64,000 nt of DNA from positions 73,348,001 to 73,412,000 of the forward strand of contig NC_086097.1 of NCBI RefSeq assembly GCF_963921235.1, read 5' to 3'. The DNA comes from Mobula hypostoma. Lineage: Eukaryota. Positions within the stretch are counted from its first letter, which is position 1. Each line of letters begins with the position of its first letter. This document shows, piece after piece, positions 36,967 to 50,694 of the stretch. The notes beneath the pieces were generated by a model. It saw only the letters and a list, made by a program, of their open reading frames with translations, was not told the origin of the DNA and did not search any database. Position numbers and translations under genes: made by a program.

Positions 36967-39382
36967 TCTGCAAGTTCTTCTATGCCGGTCTGTATGATGA
37001 AAAGGCCACAGAATCCACAGCCTCCCGCAACTTCCTGTCGTCTATCACGCAGGTCTTAGACGACGGCAAGCGGGAGAGTCTGGATCAGCCACTGACCCTG
37101 GACGAGCTGACAGGCTCCATCCGTTCCTTTGGGTCGGGTAAGACTCCCAGAAGCGATGGCTTACCGGCTGAGTTGTACTCGGCTCTGTGGAACTGGATGG
37201 GCCCAGACCTGCTGGAAGTGTACAATGCTATGCTTCTGGCCGGCAGTATGTCTGAGTCCATGAGGAAGGGCATGATCACCCTCATCTACAAGCAGAAGGG
37301 GGAAAGGGAGGACATTAGAAATTGGAGACCCATCTCTCTCCTGAATGTGGATTACAAGGTCCTGTCCAAGGCTATCACCAACAGGGTCAAGTCTGCTCTG
37401 GGACAGGTGATCCACCCGGACCAAACCTGTGCTGTACCGGGCAGGAAGATCTCAGACAGCCTCGCGCTGCTGAGGGACACCATCGCCTACGTGCAGGACA
37501 GGGGGGTGGACGCCTGCCTGGTCAGCTTGGACCAAGAGAAAGCCTTCGACAGGATATCGCACACGTACATGGCGGACGTGCTCTCCAAAATGGGATTTGG
37601 GGAGGGAATCCGGAATTGGATTAGACTGCTCTACACAGACATCTGTAGTGCAGTGCAGGTCAACGGGTGGGAAACAGACAGCTTCCCCATCAGGTCTGGA
37701 GTCAGGCAGGGCTGTCCCCTCTCCCCTGTCTTGTTTGTCTGCTGCATAGAACCCTTTGCGGAAGCCATCAGGAGGGATGAGGGCATAAGAGGGGTGACGC
37801 TGCCAGGCAGTGGAGGGACCCAAGTGAAAACCTCCCTGTACATGGACGACGTCACCGTCTTCTGCTCTGATCTGAGGTCAGTTCGCAGGTTGATTGGCAC
37901 CTGCGAACAGTTCGAGCTAGCATCGGGGGCCAGGGTCAACTGCACGAAGAGCGAAGCCATGCTCTTCGGCAACTGGCCCGACCGATCCAGCGTCCCCTTC
38001 ACCATCAGGTCTGACCACGTGAAGATGTTGGGGATCTGGTTCGGAGGGGCCGAGGCGTGCAACAAGAACTGGCAGGAGCGGACTGCCAAGGTGAAACAGA
38101 AACTGGGACTGTGGGGAGGGCGCTCCCTGTCGATAACGGGCAAGAACCTGGTCATCAGGTGTGAGGTGCTCTCAGGGCTGCTGTACTTGGCACAGGTCTG
38201 GCCCATCCCCGGCTCCTACAGCTCGGAAATCACCCGGGCTGTCTTCAGATTCGTCTGGGGATCCAAGATGGAGCGGGTGAGACGGACCGTCATGCACAAG
38301 TCCCTGGACAACAGGGGCAAGAACGTCCCCAATGTCGCCCTCACCCTGATGGCCAGCTTCGTATGTGGCTGCATCAGGTTGTGTGTAGAACCCAGGTACG
38401 TGGGCACCAAGTACCACTATGTGCCCAGGTTCTACCTGTCGCCCTGGCTACGAAGGATGGGTCTGGCCCCACTCCCGCGCAACGCCCCAGTCAGCTGGTC
38501 GTTGCCGGCATACCTGTCCTATGTAGCAAAGTTCTTCCAGGAGAACGCCTTTGACCACAGGGCCATCAGGCAGTGGTCGGCACATAGTGTCCTGCAGGCA
38601 CTGCAGGAGAAGGACATGATGGACACAGTGGGGTGGTTCCCTGAGCAGACTGTCCAGTTCATCTGGCAAAATGCCTCATCGCCAGATCTCACCAACAGGC
38701 ACCAAGACCTCGCCTGGCTGGCAGTGAGAGGGCCCTCCCAGTCACAGCCCTCCTGTACGCCCGGAACGTCGTCTCCACACCCCACTGCCCACGGGAGGAC
38801 TGCAGTGAGGAGGAGTCTGTGACCCACCTCTTTGCACACTGCCAGTTCGCAAAGAGGGTGTGGAGGAGGATTGACGGGCTAGTGTCACGTTTTATCCCTA
38901 GCAGCTGCGCAACAGAGGACTCTCTGATCTACGGGCTGTTCCCGGGGACGCACACGGAGACCAACATCCGGTGCTGCTGGCAGATCATCAACTCGGTGAA
39001 AGACGCTCTTTGGTCGGCCCGAAACTTGATGATCCACCAGCACATGGAGATGTCCGTGGGAGAATGCTGCCGACTGGCACATTCTCGGCTGCAGGAGTAC
39101 ATGCTGAGGGACGCACTGAACTCGGTGCAGCCACCGCAAGGGCCCGGTGGAGAAGGACCACAGTATAGGTTTCTCCACCCATGGGAGTGGGAGGGGTCGG
39201 TGGGCAGGGAGTATACCCCTCAACAATGATGTGATAAGATGAACTACTGGAGTGCCACATGGGTGGTTATAAATATGGATATGTACTGAGTATAATGGAA
39301 ACGTATGTAAAGGATGAAGAGTTATTGAATGGTTTATTGTATATATTTATTTTTGAATAAAGTATATTTTGAAATTTAAAAA
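36967..39382 (+). mobile_element. Tx1/L1-clade LINE, 5'-truncated; ORF2 RT and CCHC, one frameshift ~38730; 10-bp TSD
   Basis: NWRPISLLNVDYK, SLDQEKAFDRISH, GVRQGCPLSP, YMDD; CPREDCSEEESVTHLFAHC; AATAAA and A-tail; TSD aatcaccacc 36957-66 / 39383-92. Confidence 0.95.
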
Positions 39383-40302
39383 AATCACCACCGATGTAAT
39401 GACCAGTCACTCTCACCTTATGTTTAGAATTTACCTCGTTCATCTGTTGATTTATTTATTGTTGCGTTTTCTTGCAATGCACTTCAGTTGTTCTGTTTAT
39501 GATGATGGCTGGTACGTACTTTCATGAAACAATGGCCAAACTTCTGAAATTCCGCTTCCTCTCAAAAGGTGATTGCCCTAGTACTTGTGTGCTCAATGCT
39601 CATTGGAGTTTCTGGTATTTTGTTCCAACAATGTGAAATTTTACAGCATCCAGGCAGTAATAAATAGAAAGTGTTTTCACCTTGACAAGCTATATTTGCT
39701 TTGTGTCAGGCTGAAATTAAAATTTAAATTTGGAGACATTTTCATTTGTGTTGTGTCTACTTAAAGTGAAGGTGTTGAATTAGTGAACTGTACAAAATGA
39801 ATCATCACCACTTTAGAACAAAGCTCAGAGAGCATCAAGTATTGTGTAAATCTGAGTCAGGAGTAATCGCCTTATCTCAATCCTCAGTTGTTTTGTCTTC
39901 ATGGGTGCTGCACCTAAGCAGCAATATTTACCATTTCATTTCACAATGTTGTCTTTGTGCAGAGAGAATAGCAATTAATTAATTTTCCATAGCTCATGAA
40001 TAGGCTTTACAGATTTTTGTCCTTGTTTCCTTCCCATTTCTTTTTAGCAAAAAGGGACTTCACACAAGTTTTGTGTCAGCAACCTAGCAAAGGACACTGA
40101 ATGGAAAATGCTGGGGTAATGAATTTTCCATTGTTCTAGACTTTCTCTGCCTAATATTTATGACATTTATAACACAGCTTATCTGTCTGCAATGCTTGAA
40201 CAAGAGAAAGCCAAAGTTCTGGAAATAAATGTATATTGTATATTTTTTGTGTTGTATGGTACTGATTTGGACTTGAATGTACTTGCATAGTATGAAGTTT
40301 TC

Positions 40303-40410
40303 AGTACCAGTCCTGATGAAGGATATTGGTTCGAAACATTGACTCTTTATTCCTCTCTACAGATGTTGCCTGACACGCTCAGTTCCTCCAGTATTTTGTT
40401 TGTGTTGCCA
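40303..40410 (+). mobile_element. Degenerate solo Penelope pLTR unit with hammerhead core retained
   Basis: cagtc CTGATGA(40313-19) aggatattggttc GAAA(40333-36) catt gactc. Confidence 0.7.
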
Positions 40411-40809
40411 TTATGAAAGTTCACTGTGTGGTTGATTGTTGGTTGGGGACAGTTTAGACTGTAAGAAGATTTTCCAGTAGGAAAACCAAGTAAAGCAATA
40501 GTGGTAAGCGAATCTTTAGGTAGAGGGACAGATAGGAGATTCCATGGCCATGGAAAAGAAACCAGAAGGATTAATTGTCCCCTGGGGGCCAGGGTGAAGG
40601 ATTTCTCAAAGCAGTTACAGAGCATTCTTGTGGGGGAGTGTGAAAATCAGAGATGGTGGTGCACATTGGTACCAGTGACGTGGGTAGAAAGGGGGAAGGG
40701 GTCCTGCACAGTGACTGTAGAGAGCTAGGAAAGAGTCTGAAGATCAGAGCCTTGAAGGCAGCAATCTTTGGATTACTCCCGGTGCCATGTGCTTGTCAGG
40801 GCAGGAATA

Positions 40810-41468
40810 AGACCATAAGACCTAGGAACAGAATTAAACCATTCAGCCCGTTGAGTCTGCTCCACCATTCAATCATGGCTGATTTATTTTCCCTTTCAAA
40901 CCCATTCTTTTGTCCTCTCCCTGTAACCTTCGACACCTTTATTAATCAAGAATCTATCAACCTCTGCTTTAAATATACCCAATGACTTGCTTCCACAGAT
41001 TCATCACCCTTTGGCTAAAGAAGTTCCTCCTCATTTCAGTTTTGTTTTTGGGGTGCCACAATAGAGTAGCAGTTATGGCAATGCTATTGTAGCCTGGGGT
41101 GTTCGGAGTTCGACACAGTGCCATCAGTAAGGAGTTTGTATGTTTTCTCTGTGACTGTGTGGGTGTGCATCAGGTGCTCCAGTTTCATCCAACAATCGGA
41201 AGATGTATTGATTAATAGGTTAATTGGTCATTGTAAGTTGTCCTGTGATTAGGCCAGGATTAAATAGGTGGGTTACTGGGCAGTGTGGCTCATTTGGCCA
41301 GAAGGGGTTATTCTGCGTTGTGTCAGTAAATAAACTAATTGTTTTTAAAGGAGTATTCTTGTATCTTGAGACCATGACCTCTGGTCTTAGACTTCCTCTG
41401 CATAGGAAACACCCTCTCCATGTCCACTGACATCCCTCTCCCCATTCTTCTAAACTCCAGCAAATACA
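40810..41468 (-). mobile_element. CR1 3' tail fragment (interrupted by a V-SINE)
   Basis: LEFRRMG...MERVFPM..SKTRGHGLKI and tail as at 862-1335. Confidence 0.75.
41050..41338 (+). mobile_element. HE1-like V-SINE
   Basis: tRNA-like head, V-domain-like ggagtttgtatgttttctctgtgactgtgtgggt...ggtgctccagtttc, CR1-like tail ggccagaagggg..ttctgcgttgt...taaataaa. Confidence 0.75.
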
Positions 41469-42038
41469 GAATAGAAAGGATGGATGAATGTATGTTTGCA
41501 GGGGGCAGGGTTTCCGGTTCTTGGATCACTAGAACTTTTTCTGGGGCAGTAATGACCAGTATTAGAAGGATGGGTTGTACCTTAACTGAAGGTGAACCAG
41601 TATCCTGGCTGGGAGGTTCACTGGTGCTACTCAGGGAGATCTAAACTAGTTTGGCAGGGAGATGGGAAGTTGAGGTCAGAAAATGCAGGGATGAGAGGAA
41701 GACAGATATCATGACCAGTAAGAACAGATTTGGCCTTAAATATAATGGATATTATCTTAAAATAATGGATATAATAAGATGGCCGGTTTGAAGTGTGTGT
41801 ATTTTAATGCTAAGAGCATTCTGGATATGGGTGATGAACTTCAGTACATGGAACTATGATGATGTGGCATAACAGAGACTTGGTTGAGAGAGGGAGAGAC
41901 AGGAATGGATGCTTAATGTTCCAGAGTGCTGATGTTTCAGAGAAGATAGAGGAGGTAAAAGGGGGTGGAGTTGCGCTATTAATCAGAGGCAGTATCACAG
42001 CTGCACTCTGGAGGGCTCATCCATTAGAACTCAAAAAT

Positions 42039-43422
42039 TTTGAGAGTGTTTATCCCCAAGTAACCCAAATGTGTCTCCCAAGACGAGAAGTCTAGGGCAG
42101 AAAGGGAGTTGAATACCTGAAACTTCACCAATATACTTAAGTATCATAATCCAAAATCCTTGAGTCCTGGGACAGGACCAGAGTGCATGTACTAAGTCCC
42201 CTTTATCCGCCCTACAGTGCCAGCATTCAGGGGTGGTTTTCAACCCTAGTCTATGTAACCTTGCTGGAGTCCAATAGAAACGGTGTAGGATCTTAAACTG
42301 AATAAGGCGTACCCTCATGTCTCTTGACATTGTTTTGACATTTTTGCAAATTTTGTCCCACTCTTTTGTCTCAAAAGTCACACTCAGCTCTTTTTCCCAT
42401 GCTTTTTTAAGACCCAACAGAATTTTGTTCCCGGAAATTTGTGTTAAAGCTGAATAATAAGTTGAAGCTTTGTGATCTTTACCATATGCAGCCAGTACAG
42501 TAGACAATATCGTAGCAACTTGTGGGGGTTGCTGTGTAGAGCCAAAAGTTGTATGTAGCAATTGGCGCAGTTGAAGCTATCTCCAAAATTGTGACCTAGA
42601 AATATCATACTGTTAGATTAATTGATTAAAAGATTTTAAACTATTACCATTATGAAGGTCTCCCAACCTAATAATGCCTTTCCCTTGCCATTCCCTCCAG
42701 AAGAAAGGGGACTTACTAATACGCAATTTCAGATTCATACAGATACTCAAGGCTTCATTTAAATATGGATTAAATTTAAATAATCTAGCTGTCTTATTCC
42801 AAAACAAATGCATATGCGATATAATTGTGTGAGACCTTGCCTCAGGAAGTAACTTGATGGACGAACGCTGTAATGGAGAGATGGGAGGAAGAGCAGAACA
42901 CTCAATACAATACCAAAGAAGCACTCTTTCCGGAGGGAGAGACCAATATGCTAAATGTCTAAGAGTAAAGGCATAATAATAATATATTAAACACTCTCAA
43001 AATTGGATCCAGACAAGTATAATGGTAGGAAGACAAATTATACTTGGAGGTTGGAGGAACTTGGGGGGACCATCATTTCAGGAGTGCGTCACAGAATTAG
43101 CCAAAGTGGCAGCTTTTGAACGCATGTCCTACAAACAGTTTGATAGATTGGACACCTATACACAAAAATGGGGCAAATATTTAGGTTTCCTGGGCGGGGG
43201 GGAATAGTGGTGAATGTAGTGGTGAAGCATATTGCTGAATGGCAGCCTTTTCTGTTAAATAGGCACACATGGTTATTATATTGATATTTATTTCTGCCCT
43301 GTTTGTTTTTATTTTATGGATAATTTTATGTTTTGTAAGTTATGATTTATAAAATTCTAACACTGACTCAAGGGTTCAGGGATACAAATTTTCTAGAAAT
43401 AAAATCTGGAAATTGTTTTTTC
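42039..43422. mobile_element. L1-clade LINE 3' fragment with 5' inversion (42039-42987 antisense, 42988-43422 sense), 13-bp TSD
   Basis: - strand: RLIQFKILHRFYWTP..CWHCRADKGDLVHALWSC..KHSQN; + strand continues KHSQNWIQTSIMVGRQII...KWGKYL; TSD agaactcaaaaat 42026-38 / 43423-35. Confidence 0.9.
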
Positions 43423-44417
43423 AGAACTCAAAAATCAGAAAGTAGCAATCAGTCTGGGATTATACTACAGACACCCCAATACTCACTGGGCCATTGAAGC
43501 ACAGATAAGCAGAAAGATTAGGATTGTTGTAGTGGGTGACTTCAATTTCCCCGGTATAGACTCAGATCTCCCTAGTGCGAGAGATTTAGACGTGGCAAGA
43601 TTTGTTAGGTACAATCAGGGGGGTTTCTTAAATCAATATGTGGATGGTCCAACTAAAAGATGGACCATATTGAACTTTAAATCGAGAAATGAGCATGGCC
43701 AAATGACGGACCTTTCAGTCGGAGAACAGTTTGGGAACAGTAAGATAGACAAGGTTAAGTGTGGACCTTGTGGGAGAGTATTAAATTGGAGCAGGACCTA
43801 GGGAAAGTCACATGTCATGACACGTGGAGGGTGTGTAAAGACCAACTGCACATAATACAAGGCACAGAATTATTCCAGTAAGAAGGAAGGACAAGGATGG
43901 CAAGGTAAGAGAACGTTGGATGTCAAGAGATGTAGTGGAGTTAGTCAAGAAGTAAAATGAAGCATATATAAGGTTTAGGAAGTTGAAGTCAAATAGAAGC
44001 CTTGAGGATTATAAAGATGACAATAAATAACTCAGGAAAGGAATTTAGGAAGCTAGGAGGGGCCTTGAAAAGTCCTTAGCAAGTAGAGTTAAAGACAATC
44101 CCCAAGGCATTCTATGCATCCATCAAGAGGGTGACCAGGGAGTGGATAGAGCTACTCAAGGATAAAGGAGGGAGCCTGTGCTTTGAGTATTTTGCATTAG
44201 TACTTGCCACCAAGAAGGACATGGAGCACAGGGTGATCAGTGTGAAGCATGCTAATGTGCTTGTGCATTTCAAAATAAAGGAGCAGGTTGTGTTGGATCT
44301 CAAAGAAAATAAAGGTGGCTAGGACCCTCGGGCAAGATGAGATTATACCCCATGTTATTGAGAGGAGCAAGAGGTGTGATTGCTGGAGCCTTGACAAGGT
44401 CACGTCTCACCAACTCA

Positions 44418-44551
44418 AACTCGAGGAAAATCTGCAGATGCTGGAAATCCAAGGCAAAACACACAAAATGCTGGAGGAACTCAGCAGGTCAAGCAGCATC
44501 TATGGAAATGAATAAACAGTCGACATTTCAGGCCGAAACATTTCAACAGTA
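44418..44551 (-). mobile_element. Solo Penelope pLTR unit with 12-bp TSD, degenerate hammerhead
   Basis: aatctgcagatgctggaaatc...cagtcgacatttcaggccgaaac; TSD ctcaccaactca 44406-17 / ctcactaactca 44552-63. Confidence 0.8.
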
Positions 44552-46919
44552 CTCACTAACTCAGTTGAGTTTATTGAGGGACTGACAAATGTGATTGAGG
44601 GTAGAACTATGGATGCTGTCTACATGAATTTTAGTAAGGTGTTTGACAGGTTCTTTGTGGAAAGTTCTTCCAGAAAATAAAGATGCATGGGATCCACGGT
44701 GAGTCCATGTTTGGACTCATAATTGGCTTGTCCATAGAAGACAAAGAGCACTGGTATATGGGACTTACTCTGGTTGGAAACCTGTGATTAATGGTTTCCC
44801 ATATTGGGACCTCTGCTGTTTGTGATATATATGACCCAGATTACAACTTAAATAGTTGAGTTACTAAGTTTGCAGACAATATGATGATTGGTGGTGTTAT
44901 GGATAGTGTAGAAAACTGGCAAAAGATACATTGGAATATAGATCAGTTGCAGATTTAGGCAGAGATATGGCAAATGGAGTTTAACCTGACCATGTGTTAA
45001 GTATTGCTCTTTGGGAGATCAAATGTAAAGGGACAGTGTGCTGTTAATGGCAAGACCCTTAACAGTGTTGATGTGTACTTTTGACCTTAAGATATCTCAG
45101 CATGGTAGTTTCACTCTAGATCCAGAATAGTTGCAAATTCAAAGTATTATAGTGTAGTGTGTCTGTTCATTAGAATTTTTGGAAGGTGGATTGTGATGTG
45201 GCATCAATTTGGAAGTCTTATTTGGAAGGTGGGATGCATGACATGGGTAATGGAATTTCTGCTGATGTCAAGTGGCATCTTTCAACAGTAGTGACTGAGG
45301 CATAGTGCTGAGGAGGATTAATCAGCATTTCTTTTATTTTGTTTCTGTCCCAGAGTGCACCTTGTCTGTCATTCTTAGAGCTTGACAGAGTGAAAGAAGA
45401 GTTTGAAATAGACAGCGTTACTGAAAATTTTCGTAATAGAAGTGGCTATGTTCTGCGTGAGGTTAAAAGCAATACCTCTTGATATTTGTAAAGCCATGAG
45501 TTTGGAATAATGTTTTCCAGAGATTATCTTACTTTTTCTCTCTTTGTTAAAATGACGTTAAGCTAAGTAACATTTAGCAGGCTAGTGCTGTGTGCTGTGC
45601 TTTATGTTCAGTTCAAAGCCATGCAGGAGATTAAAAAAGACAAGCAGGAACAGTGTAAGATGTCCAAATTATCAGGGTGGTGATGCATTTTTATGGACTG
45701 TGCAAATGAGCAATTAGGTTGAACACCAGCCTCTTTTGATCTCATTTATGCTGCCACTGCTACCTATACTGACTCATGACAAACAACAGCAGACAATGGC
45801 AGCTCAGGTGGTCCTGTAAAATTCTCAAAAACTCTTTACACCACCCCATAATTATGTTTGTAGGTATTGAAGTACAAATCCTCGCCACAGCTTAGGCACT
45901 CTTTGCTTGCTGGAATGACCAAACATGTTTTTCCATTTTGTCCTGTTGCTGAAAGTGAGGAACTATTGCCAGAATTATCCAAAGAAGCTGAAGAAATTGA
46001 TCTGTGAAATGCTGATCCCAGGCAAAGCCAAGTTGCAGGGCACTAAGTTTTAGCAGCAGCGCTTCTGCGTTCCTTAACCAGTGCTCCCCAATCTTTTGGC
46101 ATGAAAGCCCCAAGTTTTCCGTACTTGATACAATTCTGTAAATACCTGATAACTTCACAGACTACTATTTTTCAGGAGCTGGGTTTATTCTTGTAGCCAG
46201 TGTAACTCGCATTCCAGCTGTAGTTATTGTCGCAGTTTGTGTGAAATTTGGAATTAAATTTTCAATATTCAATATTTTATAAACTTGACAGCCCCCTTAT
46301 AATTTATAGTGTCTCCTTTTCCTTAAGGAGCTTGTATGGCCTTAATTCCTTCACCTTAAAAAGCACTAATTCCTTCCTCGGATAGTTTATTTTGGAGAGA
46401 AAGAACTGTCAGACAGATTTCCCAGGCAATCCTGGAATTTGATCTGAAGACATAGTGGTCTCTTCTGGTCTCCAAGAGATGCTGAAGGCTTGTGCAAATG
46501 TTATGGTACCTGACCTACTAACTCCAAAGCAATATCTACCACTTTAGCACAGAGTGAAGCTTAAGCTCTCCACATTTTCTCCTCTACCTTTACAGCAGCT
46601 TGCATGGTTTAGAAAGCTGATCACTCTACCGATGGGTACCAGGCCTGGCTGCTTGGATTACTCGCATGTGTCCTGTATTCCTTGATACAAACAAATGGCT
46701 GTGTTTTGCCAGCCTTGTTTCTCCGACTAAGGAAGTCCTCAAAGGCAGGCGGCATCCAAAGTGATATCTATTTTAAAGCCAGGAGAATTAGCCAGCAATT
46801 GCTGAACTTAAATGCATTATCCCTCCCTCAACCTTTAGTAAGCTTTCTGTCCAACAGCTACAAGGTAATCCAGCCACCTTTATTAAGATGCAGAAGGAAG
46901 AAATTGCTCTGATCACTTA

Positions 46920-47390
46920 GAGTCAGAGAGAACCTAGCCTGGTCCATGCTGACCAAGATTCTCACGTAAGTTAGTCCCATTTGTCCTTGGTTGTCTCTAA
47001 TCCTTTCCTAGCCAGGTACCTCTCGAAGTACCTTGTTAGTGTACCTACCTCAACGATTTCCACTGGCAACTTATTCCGTAGATGGATCACTGTCTGGGTG
47101 AAAATGTTGCCCCTCAGGTACCGAATAAACTCTGATCTTATGAACTGGAGGGCATAGATTTCACTTCCCAACTCTGAGGGAAAAGACTCTGCACCTTCAC
47201 CCTACCTATGATCCTCGTAACTTTATACACGTCTATAAGATCACTCCCCATTCACCTGTGCTCCACTTTTCCCATCCTGCTCAATGTAATTCAGTCCCTT
47301 GAGTCCCGACAGCATCCTTGTAAATCTCCTCTGCACTCTTTCCAGGTTAATGGTGACCAGAGGTGAATACAATATCCCAAACATCCTTGC
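46920..47390 (-). mobile_element. Degraded CR1 3' fragment
   Basis: LRGNIFTQTVIHLRNKLPVEIVEVGTL. Confidence 0.75.
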
Positions 47391-47399
47391 ACCTGCTGT

Positions 47400-50270
47400 C
47401 AATGTTGAATCAGGCTGCCTGAAGACATGAACTACCTTTGGAGATTAGTTAATGGCATACTGTTGGATATGAAGGCTTTTACCAATGCTTTCAATAGTCA
47501 TTTAATGCCTTTTGGATCTTTGACTTGTCAACAAAGTAACAAGTAATCTCACATCAAAGACAACCTCCAATGTGTCGTATAGCTCTACAAATTGCTGAGT
47601 GGGGTAGAAATGATCAGGCACATCAAAAGTGGGTATTCATACAGCTCATGGACCATTACCAGTAGTAACAGTAGTAGAAGTGTACTCTACCAAATTCTAT
47701 AAACCTCATGGCCCATCATGTCTCCCACTATAAATATGATACCAAGAGATCAGCCCTGATTCAATGAGTGCAGGAGGGCATGTTGGGAGCAACATCACAC
47801 ATCATGATGTTCTGGCCCAGTGGAGTAACATTTAGGATCGATGTGTACTGAACAACATGCAAAAGTCAAAGCTGAACAGTCACACAGCCTGCAACTCAGA
47901 TAAGTGGCTCAGTAGCCCTACCACGTCTATTCATGAATGGTGGTGAGCAGTTATTCAGACAAAAAGACTTCAAGAATGTCTTCGTACCGATGATATTGGG
48001 ACCCAACGTGTTAATGCTGAAGAAAAGTCTTAATTAGTTGTTACTATATTCAGTCAGAAGTACAGAACAGATGATCCAGTTTGAGATCCCCACTGTCACA
48101 AAAGCAAATCACCAGCTAAATCTGTTCAGTTCCTGTAATATCAGGAAACTGATGAGAACACAGGATATGGTAAAAGTGATCAGACCAGAAAAATTCCCTA
48201 CAGCAGCATTGAAAACGTACACTCTAGAACTAGCTGTGCCTCAAGCCAAGCTGTTCATTGACATCTATTCAACAATGTGGAAGATTAGCCAGATATGTCC
48301 CATTCAGCATTTAAGACCTTCATTCCCACAATCCTGATTGAGAAGTTGCGGAACCTGGGCCTCAGTACCTCCCTCTGCAATTGGATCCTCAATTTCCTAA
48401 CTGGAAGACCACAATCTGTGTGGATTAGTGGTAACATCTCCTCCTCGCTGACGATCAACACTGGCGCACCTCAGGGGTGTGTGGTAGCCCACTGCTCTAT
48501 TCTCTCTATATCCATGACTGTGTGGCTAGGCATAGCTCAAGTACCATCTATAAATTTGCTGATGATACAACTATTGTTGGTAGAATCTCAGGTGGTGACG
48601 AGAGGGCATACAGGAATGAGATGTGCCAACTAGTGGAGTGGTGCTACAGTAGCAAGCTAGCCCTGAACATCAGTAAGATGAAAGGACTGATTGTGGACTT
48701 CAGGAAGTGTAAGGTGAAGGAACGCATACCAATCCTCATAGAGGGATCAGAAGTGGAGAGAGTGAGCAGTTTCAAGTTCCTGGGTGTCAAGATCTCTGAG
48801 GAACTAACCTGGTCCCAGCATATTGATGTAGTCATAAAGAAGGCGAGACAGCGGGTATACTTTATTAGGAGTTTGAAGAGATTTGGTATGTCAACAAATA
48901 TACTCAAAAACTTCTATAGATGACCAGGGAGAGCATTCTGACAGGCTGCATCACTGTCTGGTATGGGGTATGGTACTAGCCTACAAAGTACCCAAGATAT
49001 CTTCAAGGAGCGGTGTCTCAGAAAGGCAGCATCCATTATTAAGGACCTCCAGCACCCAGGGCATGCCCTTTTCTCACTGTTACCATCAGGTAGGAGGTAC
49101 AGAAGCCTGAAGGCACACACTCAGCGATCCAGAAACAGCTACTTTCCCTCTGTCATCCAATTCCTAAACGGACATTGAACCCTTTGGACACTACCTCACT
49201 TTTTTAGTATACAGTATTTCTGCTTTTTACACGATTTTTAATCTATTCAGGATACCTATACTGAATTAGATTGATTCATTTATTCTATTTTATGTATTGC
49301 ATTGAACTGCTGCTGCTAAATTAACAAATTTCTCGTCACATGCCGGTGATAATAAACCTGATTCTGATTCTGATTCTCAAAAAGCAGGACAATTCAAGTC
49401 TGGCAGATTACTGTCTTATCAACGCATTCTCAATCATCAACAAATTTATGGAAGCTGTTTGGCACTTGTTCACCAATAATTTACTTGCTGATGCCCAGTT
49501 TTGTTGTGCCAGGATCAATACACTCCCAGATCTCATCAGTCTCCTTGTGAACCTTGACTGTGATGTCAAGGCAGCATTAAGGGAAATGGTAGAGCTGAAC
49601 TCCAACAGTATCAAAGAGAAACTCACATGGCTGGAGTCATAACTTGCACAAATAGAAATGGGTCAAAGTCAATCTTCCCAGCTCCACACATCACAGGGTC
49701 TGAAGTGGGAATGTTCACTTTTGATGGCACGGTGTTCAATTGTCTTTACAGCCCTTAGACAAATGAAACTGTCCGTGATTGCCTGTAACAAGACCAAGAC
49801 ATTATTCAGGCATGGAATGATAAGTGACAAGTAACATTGATGACACAGAAGTGCCAGACGGTGACCCTGGTAGGAGAGATTAAAACAAGCTACTGAATTC
49901 ACCATCAAAAACATCACCAAGCTCATCTCGCAAACCACCCAACCACCCTTAGTTATTGTGACTGCAAGAGTTAATCTGAGGCTGGTTAACCTGTGCCAAT
50001 TGATATGTTTCTTAACAAAATAATGCTTTTCCACCATGTACAAAGGTTAGACGAGGTGTGATGAAATGTTTTCCACTCACCTGCATGAGTGCAGAGCTAG
50101 CAACATGCAAAGAGCTTGACATGATTCGAGACAAATCAATCTGCCTGATTGGCACTTCATCAACCATGGTAAACATTGACTTCCTCTACTATTGGCTCAC
50201 AGAGTCTTCAGAATGCAGCCTTAACAAAGTGCACTGCAGTTACGTTCCCAGACTCTTCTACAAATGGGGC
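47400..50270 (+). mobile_element. Ancient CR1/L2-group LINE remnant split by a Rex insertion
   Basis: ALKTYTLELAVPQAKLF...MWKISQICP (to 48300) continues KKQDNSSLADYCLINAFSIINKFME...NLLADAQF (from 49378). Confidence 0.65.
48302..49377 (+). mobile_element. Rex1/Babar LINE, 5'-truncated
   Basis: SAFKTFIP...[14 protein letters not shown]...[46 protein letters not shown]; tail aataaacctgattctgattctgattct. Confidence 0.95.
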
Positions 50271-50694
50271 AGATAGTGCCAGACCAGAGTAGACTTCCAG
50301 GTGAGTTCTTTGTCAGGTGTTAGGCCAGAGCTTTGAGAGTCAGTGAAGATGTTTTTTGGAGGCTTTGTTAATTTCTGCCTACCTGTTAATTTCTTCCCAT
50401 AAGAGAGTTCAGAATACTGTTTTTCAGGAGTTTTTTTTAGAAGTTTGGATAGGTACATGGATAGTAAAGTTATGGAGGGCTATGGTCCCAATGCAGGTTG
50501 ATGGGAGTAGGCAGTTTAAATGGTTTTGGCATGGACTCGAAGGGTCGAAAGACCTGTTTCTGTGCAATACTTTTCTATGACTTTATGATGAGGAGTGTGT
50601 AAACAACATGGCTTGCCTATTGTAACTGACAACCTATAGCGGGCATTGATGTTTGATCCCTTCCCCCTACTGTCATATTCTGCCATCTTTTCAT

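Larger units (their letters stand above)
40485..45080 (+). mobile_element. Old CR1 (ORF1 SGNH-like and ORF2) remnant carrying several nested insertions
   Basis: SLGRGTDRRFHGHGKETRRINCPLGARVKD, VVHIGTSDVGRK, GGGVALLIR, VGDFNFPGID, aagtttgcagacaat. Confidence 0.82.

Noticed and set aside
37085..39260. Numerous overlapping antisense and alternate-frame ORFs in Tx1 (also in HERO and CR1)
   Set aside because: Shadow ORFs of GC-rich coding sequence.
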